Assembly: GCA_963733675.1 (NCBI GenBank)
Contig: CAVTET010000001.1
Span: forward strand, 896,001 to 960,000
Origin: an uncultured Methanosarcinaceae archaeon
GTDB taxonomy: Archaea; Halobacteriota; Methanosarcinia; Methanosarcinales; Methanosarcinaceae
DNA length: 64,000 nucleotides
Reading direction: 5' to 3'
Positions 56,275 to 64,000 of the stretch are shown one piece after another. A program made the position numbers and the translations under genes. Within the stretch, counting starts at the first letter, position 1; every line of letters starts with the position of its first letter. Below the pieces are notes generated by a model that worked only from the letters and a program-made list of their open reading frames with translations, had not been told where the DNA came from and made no database searches.

Positions 56275-57447
56275 ATGAAATATATTTACCAGGACTCTAC
56301 GGAACTGCCTGTACAGCGGGATTTCATTGAGGATCTGAAAACATTTTTAGATATTACTTCTAGGGTAATTCCTCTGGAGAATTCCATAATAGAAATTAAG
56401 TGCAAAAATAAAGAAGCTATCTATGAATTGAAAAGCAGAATACATGGAATTAATAATTTTGAAGAGAAACTCAACTTATTGATTAAGGGATTAGTGAACG
56501 AAGTAGATATTGATGACGTTGTACCCTGCGCCAATGCAATACTCCAAACCTGCAGTGAGAATCTCGGGGAAAAAAGGGAAGTACTCGAAGCAGAGTGCAG
56601 AAAAATAGAAAATGGAACTGCTCATGAATATAGGAAATTTGAAAGCAGAATCCTGGAGGTTCTTAACAGATTTCTAATCTCAGGAATCTACGGAGCTGAG
56701 AAAAGGTTTGAGCTTTCTAGCGGTGTAAATGGTGTTTCAGGGAAAATGGAAGGTTCTGTCTCAGGTCTTCAGTACTGCTATACACTTGGATTCTCAGAAG
56801 AGTCAATGACAGTAGATAAACTCATTGGAAATTTGAGCCTACCAAGTTGGACACGTGCAGGTATCCTACGAAAAGAAGAAAAAATAAAAATGCAAGATCT
56901 TTCCGAGTTTCTTGTAAGTTTCCTGGAATACGACAGCCAGAAAAACATTCGCCTAATCCTTGAAAATAAAAAGGCAAATCGAAAATTCAGGATAGAGGGT
57001 AGCGAGTTAAAATATTTTGTATATGATGCTGATAAAGAAATTACCGCCGACAAAGAACTAGGGGTCTTTGTTGACATGAAAAATTTAGCAAAAATCCCGG
57101 AAAAAGTCCAGGCTTATCTCAGGACAAATATCCGCACTTATATTCTTTCAAAAGTTTTGCTTGATGAAGAGGATGCTGTCTCAACCAATCAGATATTTGA
57201 CTGTCTGAAAGTAATTGCTGAGCAATATGGTGTAATCTCCCAGGAATGTCTAGCAAAAGGACACAATAAGGAAGAGATAACCATCAAATTGGAAGAAATT
57301 GATGGGAAAAGGTCAGAAAAGTATCTCTCTAGGGAAGAGATTTACGCCAAACTCGCAGAGGTCGGAAGTGAAGGTATAGAGATTGCCGGAATACTTGGGG
57401 TAGATAGCAGAACTCAAATAAAAGATAGAAAATACCTGATTGTCTAA
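56275..57447 (+). CDS. Conserved hypothetical protein with a coiled-coil N-terminal region
   Basis: 390-aa ORF starting MKYIYQDSTELPVQRDFI, with TATA-like ttatata upstream. Confidence 0.8.
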   Translation: MKYIYQDSTELPVQRDFIEDLKTFLDITSRVIPLENSIIEIKCKNKEAIYELKSRIHGINNFEEKLNLLIKGLVNEVDIDDVVPCANAILQTCSENLGEKREVLEAECRKIENGTAHEYRKFESRILEVLNRFLISGIYGAEKRFELSSGVNGVSGKMEGSVSGLQYCYTLGFSEESMTVDKLIGNLSLPSWTRAGILRKEEKIKMQDLSEFLVSFLEYDSQKNIRLILENKKANRKFRIEGSELKYFVYDADKEITADKELGVFVDMKNLAKIPEKVQAYLRTNIRTYILSKVLLDEEDAVSTNQIFDCLKVIAEQYGVISQECLAKGHNKEEITIKLEEIDGKRSEKYLSREEIYAKLAEVGSEGIEIAGILGVDSRTQIKDRKYLIV

Positions 57448-57504
57448 TATTTACTTTGCTTTTGATCATTCACTAAGGGGGAATTACCTATTATAAGCGG
57501 CTTT

Positions 57505-59068
57505 TTTATAGGCCAAGGCGTAAAATCCCTTTCAGCCCAGTGGATATAAGCTTCAACTTCAGCGTTGGCTCAGTATGAAATTCTTGGCTGCTTCTTTGCT
57601 AACCTTGGCGATAAAGATGCAAACTATTCATTATTCCAAAGTGTATTTTTTTTTTTTTAATAGTATTATTTCGAATACTCTTTTTGAGTTTTTCCATAGT
57701 CTAATTGTTGTCTCTTGTTCCAGTTTTCGAATGATCGCAAGAGTGCTGACTGTTAGCTTGATTTTAACGAGTAGATGGATATGGCCTTTGCCCGTTTCCA
57801 TTTCTAGTATTTAAAATTTGCTTCCTTTTCAATGTCATGAATTATCTGTTCGAGTTCTTAGTTAATGGTTCAGTATCTTTTTTCGATACTTGCACACAAA
57901 GATAATGTGATACATTAACAAAAATTTGCTGTGGCTCCTATGTTCATATATAAAAGCATTTAAGTTTAGGCTATATCCAACAATTGCACAATCTAACCAA
58001 CTTAATTAAAATATTGGTACTCATAGGTTTGTCTATAGATGGGTGTGTGATCAGAGAGTTAAAAACATATACGCAAATCGGAATATCAATTTCTAATTTT
58101 GGCTTAAATAAACTAACCCCAAATCTAAAAAAGCAAACTCCGTGGTTAGAAGATGTCGATTCCCAATCACGTCAGGGTATGTATAAACAGGTAGAATCTG
58201 TACTCAATAGATTTTTTCGAGAAAAGGATGGTTTTCCTAAATTCAAATCAAAGAAAAATCCAATTCAATCATTCCAGATACCACAACACTACAATGTGGG
58301 TTTTGAAAACAATACTTTAAGCTCCCTAAGATAGGAGAAATCACAGCAGTTCTTCACAAAGCATTCGAAGGGGAATTAAAAACCGCTACTATTTCGAAGT
58401 CTTGTATAGGAAAGTACTATATCAGTATTTTAGTAGAAGCTAGAAAAGAACTTCCAGTTAAACAAATGTTTTCTGAATCTACTACTATTGGTGTAGAAGT
58501 TGTGATAAAAGATTTTGCTGTTATGTCAACTGGAGAAAAGATTGAAATTCTAAGTACTTGCAAAACTCTTTGAGGAGACTTAGAGTACTCCAAAAAAGGG
58601 TTAGTCGAAAACAGAAAGATTCTAAAAACAGAGAAAAAGCCAAACACAAACTTGCTATACTTCATGAGAAAATTAAAAATATGAGAAATGATTTTCAACA
58701 CAAACCCTCTTTTAAATTTGTTAGTGAGAACCAAGAAATAGCTGTTGAAACTCTGAATGTTAAAGGCATTATTATGAATCACCATCTACAAAGGCTATAG
58801 GTGATTCTGCGTGGAGTAGTTTTGTAACAAAATTAGAACATAAATCAGAATGGTCAGGAAGAGAGACAACGGAAATGTCCTGATTATAAGACAAAATACG
58901 ATATAGACATTAATGCCGCAATTAAAATCAAAATTTTATCTCTCATTGATCAAAATCTAATTGGAATCTGACAGCCATGGAATATGGGGGATGGGCTTTT
59001 GGACTTGTTCTCAAAAAAGAAGGAATAAACCAAGAAGTCACTTCGTCTTCAGCTGGGTGGTAGTTCCC
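57505..59068 (+). mobile_element. Decayed IS200/IS605 element: divergent tnpA (-, ~57555-57950) and tnpB (+, ~57950-58970)
   Basis: TnpA fragments HSKFLLMYHIIFVCKYRK and METGKGHIHLLV. TnpB fragments KAFKFRLYP, GFPKFKSKK, SKNREKAKHKLA and IAVETLNVKG. Right-end hairpin gaagtcacttcgtcttcagctgggtggtagttc. Confidence 0.88.
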
Positions 59069-59940
59069 AGGTTCATTCTACTTTTTGCATGGGAAGCTAT
59101 GAATTCTCTCATAACTTTTGCTCCCAGCATTGCAGTTTGCCCGGAATCATATTCAGGAGCAATTTCTACAATATCAAAACCCATTGTAAAAGGAGCAAGA
59201 GTTCTTACTGCAGTTCTGATATCTCGGGCATTCATTCCGAAAGGTTCTGGGGTACCCAGACCGGGTGCGTAAGCCGGATCTATGGCATCCATATCAAGGG
59301 ATAAATATAACTGTTTGCAGTCAAGCCATTCAATAGCTTGTTTGAGTACTTCTACCATACCTATGTATTCTACATCATCGGCTGTATAATACTCCAGGTT
59401 ATTTTCCCTTGCAAAAACCCATTCTTCTTCCGGACCGCTTCTGATTCCGATAAAGACTACATTTTCCGTAATCTGGTTAAGAATATTTCTAGACACGCAT
59501 GCATGATTATGTTTGAATCCCCTGTAATCTTCTCTCAGGTCGAAATGGGCATCCAGAATAAGGACTCCGAAATTCCCTCCTGCGAATTCGGAACATGCCT
59601 TTACCATAGCGAAGGTAAGGGAATGCTCCCCTCCAAGCATAATGGGAAGTTTTCCATCTCTCAGGATGTTCTTTGTGGCTTCGTAAAGGTTTTGCAAAGT
59701 CTCATTAACTGAGGCTGAAGTTTCCAGGTTTCCTGCATCATAAATAGGAAGGTTCACAAGATCGATGTCGAAAGTTGGGTTATAGCTCTCGAAATTTGCA
59801 GAGACCTGTCGTATGGCGTCCGGAGCCCAGCGGCTGCCTGCCCGAAAGGAGGAGGTATTATCAAAAGGCACGCCGAAGACAACATAATATGCAGATTTAT
59901 AGTCTGCAAGAGCATCTACAAAAGAATTAGGTAAAAACAT
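59038..59940 (-). CDS. speB: Agmatinase
   Basis: GVPFD, GGEHS, DAHFD, DMDAIDPAYAPGLGTPEPFG and DIVEIAP motifs. Follows aIF5A. Confidence 0.93.
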   Translation of the reverse strand: MFLPNSFVDALADYKSAYYVVFGVPFDNTSSFRAGSRWAPDAIRQVSANFESYNPTFDIDLVNLPIYDAGNLETSASVNETLQNLYEATKNILRDGKLPIMLGGEHSLTFAMVKACSEFAGGNFGVLILDAHFDLREDYRGFKHNHACVSRNILNQITENVVFIGIRSGPEEEWVFARENNLEYYTADDVEYIGMVEVLKQAIEWLDCKQLYLSLDMDAIDPAYAPGLGTPEPFGMNARDIRTAVRTLAPFTMGFDIVEIAPEYDSGQTAMLGAKVMREFIASHAKSRMNLGTTTQLKTK

Positions 59941-60018
59941 ACTATAACCTGATATGAATTGATTTGCTTAAAAAATTAGCTCAGGATATTAACCTGAGTT
60001 TTCACCTGATTCAAAAAT

Positions 60019-60405
60019 TTATGTTCGTATATCAAGTTTGATCTTTCCAAGAGCCGTAATATATGAAATCTCTTCGCTCTCTTTGACTTTGTCCTTGTAC
60101 TCATCAGGAATTATAATTTCAAAAGTTGAAAAATCTCCCATGTCCATAAGCTGGGCGATGTTACTGGTAATTGAGATAATCTGCGCACTCTTTCTTTCCA
60201 CAATGGGTATGTAAATTTTGGTTGAAACTGAACCTATATAGGATCGCTTCTGGCCGTCAAAGAGACCAATAGCTTCGATCCTAGCCTTTGCAGATCCATG
60301 TTTCCCGGGTTTGGACTTCGTAATGCTCTTTATGATACAAGCTTCGTCGTCGATTATTGCATATTTCCCTTCTTTAAGTTCCTTTACTTCTACCTGCTGT
60401 TTCAT
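60019..60405 (-). CDS. eif5a: Translation factor aIF5A
   Basis: Hypusine motif SKPGKHGSAKAR. Start taken at MKQQ (60405), after GGGAG. Confidence 0.96.
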   Translation of the reverse strand: MKQQVEVKELKEGKYAIIDDEACIIKSITKSKPGKHGSAKARIEAIGLFDGQKRSYIGSVSTKIYIPIVERKSAQIISITSNIAQLMDMGDFSTFEIIIPDEYKDKVKESEEISYITALGKIKLDIRT

Positions 60406-60930
60406 AACGATTCTCCCATACATCTAGTATGTTTGTTATAAGGCTCCATAAATATCTGTAAACGTCATACTGGATTTGCTGGAAAACTTTTCCAGAATTT
60501 AGTCCTATGAAATAGTACAAGAAGGCTTTTCTAATTTTTAAGCCTGTCTCTTTTTCATCTTATAATGTGCTAACTTCTCGGAGAGGTAAACTGAATTTGT
60601 TCTTGACTTGGGTGCCTGTAGAATTAATCTGCAGGTAGACAAGTAATACGGTTAATTATCCTTCCCTATATAACGCTTGTGCGAAATTTTGCTTTTTTAG
60701 ACCAACTTCAAGAAGAAAACAACAAAAGTGTTATGAAAATATTTCAATATTTTTAATTTATCTGGATCTCCAAAATTTATTATTCCCAGATTTTGTATTA
60801 TTTAATGAGTTTTTGATTGATTTCAGCCAATTTCCAGTGAAATTAATAATAAATTTTTATGATACTAGGAGGTATCGAAAAGTATCCTTTTTCTAAATTA
60901 CCAAGTGTTATTTTTTACTGTGAAGACTAA

Positions 60931-61020
60931 GAGGATTTCGATAAACCTCTAAATTTAGTCATATGCTTATAAATTGCATATAAATTATTCGTGAAAAATA
61001 AGAGATTTATTGAAATCCTC
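60931..61020 (+). mobile_element. ~90-bp MITE, copy F (best TIRs)
   Basis: GAGGATTTCGATAAAC...ATTTATTGAAATCCTC. Confidence 0.85.
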
Positions 61021-61103
61021 TATAGCCAAAATCCTGTAATCTGAATCCTAAGGACGGAATAACCGGAACAGCTTTAAAGTTTATATATTAATTACATCTC
61101 CTC

Positions 61104-61613
61104 ATGAATTGCGATATAAAAAGACTTACAAAGATTCGTATGATAGCTGATTACCAGTTTGGGAGGAATGTTGGGAAAGAACTTTTTCCTGATGGTGTGA
61201 CATTTCAGTTATCTCGAACTAAAAGAGTACGTCAGGTCTTCTACTCGGGAAACCGTATAGCTACGGCAAGAGCAAGAGATGGTTTCTTGACTCTAAGTAT
61301 TGAAGGAGCTTCCGTTGTCCATAGGCTTTTGCCCGGAAAAAAACTCAGGGTCGTTATTTTGGAAGAAGCTGTTCCTTTTGTGGAAAGAGGAAAAACCGCT
61401 TTTATAAAACATGTGGTTGAAATTGATCCGGAACTCCGGGCCGGAGAAGAAGTCCTTTTGACAGATCAAGCCGACAGACTCCTCGCAACAGGTCAACTAC
61501 TCCTTTCCCCTATAGAGATCTTGGCTCTTGACAGCGGGCCAGCTGTGGATGTAAGGGTAGGAGTTGCTTCGGAAAAGTCATCAAGCTTCAGAAAACAAAG
61601 AGAAGTTCGATAA
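61104..61613 (+). CDS. PUA-domain RNA-binding protein (similar to the archaeosine TGT C-terminal region)
   Basis: IADYQFG, RARDGFLTL and GKTAFIKHV...LRAGEEVL...LLATG motifs. Confidence 0.88.
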   Translation: MNCDIKRLTKIRMIADYQFGRNVGKELFPDGVTFQLSRTKRVRQVFYSGNRIATARARDGFLTLSIEGASVVHRLLPGKKLRVVILEEAVPFVERGKTAFIKHVVEIDPELRAGEEVLLTDQADRLLATGQLLLSPIEILALDSGPAVDVRVGVASEKSSSFRKQREVR

Positions 61614-61690
61614 ATTTCTTATTTTTCATAAGTAATTTATATGCAATTTATAAGCATGTGATGAAATTTAAGGATTTATCAAAATTACCC
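61600..61690 (-). mobile_element. ~90-bp MITE, copy G (inverted); supplies the PUA stop codon
   Basis: Close to the reverse complement of copy F. TAA 61611-61613 lies within the TIR GAGAAGTTCGATAAAT. Confidence 0.8.
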
Positions 61691-62186
61691 CAATTCTGAA
61701 GAAGTATTGGGTGTATGATAACAAGAATAATTCTGAGTTTAGCATGAAAGCCCTTTTCAACCTGCAAATACTTTCATTTATTTATGCATGTACTTCGAAG
61801 AATTTCATGTTAGTTTTCATGCTGAAAATAAATGTTTTTTAATTTTTGGATCACATATAGTTGATAAACATTATTCTTATTATTTGAATTTTCTTAAGTA
61901 AACGGAAAAAATGAATAAGAATATATTGTAGACGGTTATTTTTGATAAATATCATCAAAAAAGCAGGTCATGTCTTAGAGTTATTGATCAAATTTGAAAA
62001 ATGAGCATCTTCTAATTTATGGTTAAATGTGGAAAGAGTTTTGGTTTTACTGTTTTCAATAACTCATTGACACGACCAAAAAGTAGATAAAGGACATTTC
62101 AAAAGACAATCACGAAATCATATTCTTCTATTCATATATCCGAAAGTCAGGTATATAAGTGAATCATATAATAGTTCCCTCGGAGA

Positions 62187-63332
62187 GTGAAAAACATTTC
62201 AGAGCCAGATCAGATTCTAAAAAACCTCTTGGTTCCAGATAACACCAGAATCGAAGCAAATAGGATTATGGTTGATGGGGATGTTATTGTTGGCAATCAC
62301 TCTAGCATTAGATATGGCATACTCGGGGATATGGTCATACTAGGAGAAGGAGTTAACGTTTATGGGGATATACTGGCAGGTTCCGATGTCAGAGTTGACA
62401 TGTGGTCTAAACTTGGGAGCAGTGTAGAGGTCGGCAAAAACGCCTATCTGGGAGAATTTGTAAACATTGACGGAAAACTGGTAGTAGAAGGGGATCTAGA
62501 CGTAGGAAAAGAAGTTAAAATCAGAGGGGGATTCGAGGTCAAAGGATGGATCATGGTAAGAAATCCTGTTCCTGTCATTATTTTTATATTTCTTTACATA
62601 AGAGAAATGATGCACTTAGGAAAAGATGAGGAAATAGAGAAAGCCATAGAAGAACTATTTGAAGATTCAGAAGATTTTCAGGGTATTGAAGGAAAAGAGC
62701 TTAGTGAAAAGATATTGATCATCCCTGCTGGCGCAAAAATTTCTCCCGAAGAAATTGAAGTCACTGGAGAAGTTGTTATCGGGAGTAACTGCCTTTTAAT
62801 AGGAGATATCAGGGCACATGCAGTCGAGGCAGGAAAAAATTTGACTCTGAAGGGAAGCATTTATTCAGAGGGAAATATCAGTATAGGAGAAAGCAGCACT
62901 GTTTATGGGAACCTCTCTTCAAAGGGCCAGGTAAATATTGGCCAAAACAGTAGGGTCTTCGGGGGTATAAAAGCCGAATCTGTATTACTGCACGGAAATG
63001 CAATTGTAGATGGTACAATAAAGGCACCTTCAGGAGTATCTTTCTTGCGAGAAGCTGCAGAAAGACCCCAAGTTCTTGCAGAAATTAATGTTTTAGGAAA
63101 AGAGATTAAAAATGATATAATTGCGCAGAGCAGAGTCCAATCTCAAAGTGAGTTCTTAAAAACTCTGGAATTAATCGAGATAAGCTCCATCATTAAAAAA
63201 AGTGCAAGAGGCAAAAAAACATTTGTCCCTGGCAGGAAAGAAACGTCTGCCAAAATTCAGGTGTTAGGGAGGACTCGGCGTATTGGAGGAGTAAGAAGAT
63301 TTAGAAGAAAGCATGAAGACAGAAAACCTTAG
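62187..63332 (+). CDS. Beta-helix protein (bactofilin/polymer-forming or acyltransferase-like repeats)
   Basis: Repeated V.GD(V/I) and IG...V.G.I hexad-like motifs in two blocks, separated by RNPVPVIIFIFLYI. Basic C-terminal tail. Confidence 0.8.
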   Translation: MKNISEPDQILKNLLVPDNTRIEANRIMVDGDVIVGNHSSIRYGILGDMVILGEGVNVYGDILAGSDVRVDMWSKLGSSVEVGKNAYLGEFVNIDGKLVVEGDLDVGKEVKIRGGFEVKGWIMVRNPVPVIIFIFLYIREMMHLGKDEEIEKAIEELFEDSEDFQGIEGKELSEKILIIPAGAKISPEEIEVTGEVVIGSNCLLIGDIRAHAVEAGKNLTLKGSIYSEGNISIGESSTVYGNLSSKGQVNIGQNSRVFGGIKAESVLLHGNAIVDGTIKAPSGVSFLREAAERPQVLAEINVLGKEIKNDIIAQSRVQSQSEFLKTLELIEISSIIKKSARGKKTFVPGRKETSAKIQVLGRTRRIGGVRRFRRKHEDRKP

Positions 63333-63351
63333 AATTGATCTAATTCGAATT

Positions 63352-63395
63352 TAATCAGACCTGTATAAGTCGGGTTTTTCCTACTTTTTCCTACT
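63352..63395 (+). terminator. Hairpin plus oligo-T tracts after the beta-helix gene
   Basis: aatcagac...gtcgggtt followed by tttttcctac twice. Confidence 0.35.
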
Positions 63396-63989
63396 ATGAG
63401 TGCTCTAGTATCATGGCAATTTAATTATAGAACATAATATTTGGATAGCTTCTAATAACCAGAAGAGTGTCCAGAGCTTATTTAGATAAAAGATTATTGA
63501 ATGTTGCGATACTAAAGTGGCTTACTCCCTGAAATTTTCGATTCTGCCAGTGGCCTTTCTACAAATCAGTATTTATTTTCATGCTAGAAATTCCCTCTCT
63601 CATTAAACGAAAGTATAATAGGAGATTTTTTTTCCCCAGAGGAAACAGTAACATTTTTAGGAAGCAGGGAATTATGTGAGCTTCAGTGAAGGTAAAATTT
63701 AAACTAGCAACCTGCGGGATCTCAGCTACAGTTTTTCAGAACCACTCAATAATGCTTTAAACCTAGTATTCCATTCAAGTCCATAGTTTAAGCTATGGAT
63801 TATAATATAAGCTCTTGATATATATCTTTGAGTTCATCAATTAAACTTCAATATCTAAATTATAGAGACTTTTTGATTATTTTGGGCTCTCCAAAATTTA
63901 CCATTAATTCCACTAGCATTGACTTCAATCAGTTAAAAACTCAGAAAATGATAAAAACTTAAATTTTGAGAATTGGACTTTAATTTAGG

Positions 63990-64000
63990 GAGAATTTCGA
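63990..64000. mobile_element. Probable start of another MITE/IS5 end at the window edge
   Basis: GAGAATTTCGA is identical to the start of the family TIR. Confidence 0.45.

Noticed and set aside
1-64000. CRISPR array, cas genes, rRNA, integrase or prophage
   Set aside because: No regularly spaced repeat-spacer array and no such genes were recognised.

Overview
This is an archaeal window, most likely from Methanosarcina or a close Methanosarcinaceae relative, judged from gene content: group-II Mo-nitrogenase nifDKEN, mptN, archease/rtcB, aIF5A-speB, pth2, XPB-Bax1 and Methanosarcina-type IS elements. Intact housekeeping blocks are separated by long AT-rich tracts full of decayed genes (modA/modB, GATase, arylsulfatase, CopB, hppA, methyltransferases, ABM, EamA) and decayed IS1, IS5 and IS200/IS605 elements. 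One IS6 looks intact, and there is a tRNA-Thr(UGU). Signals the standard features do not explain: (1) a ~90-bp MITE family with 7 full copies that shares its ends with the IS5 relic, sits at gene ends and brackets the PUA gene; (2) a duplicated locus encoding (x-E-L)n micropeptides; (3) a two-blade Asp-box propeller mini-gene with in-frame UGA and UAG; (4) a dispersed promoter-linked repeat that may be an sRNA; (5) a -1 slippery-site frameshift in XPB with an apparent CTG start for Bax1; (6) no modA next to the Mo-nitrogenase; (7) an apparent excess of UAG stops. All calls were made by eye, with no database searches.
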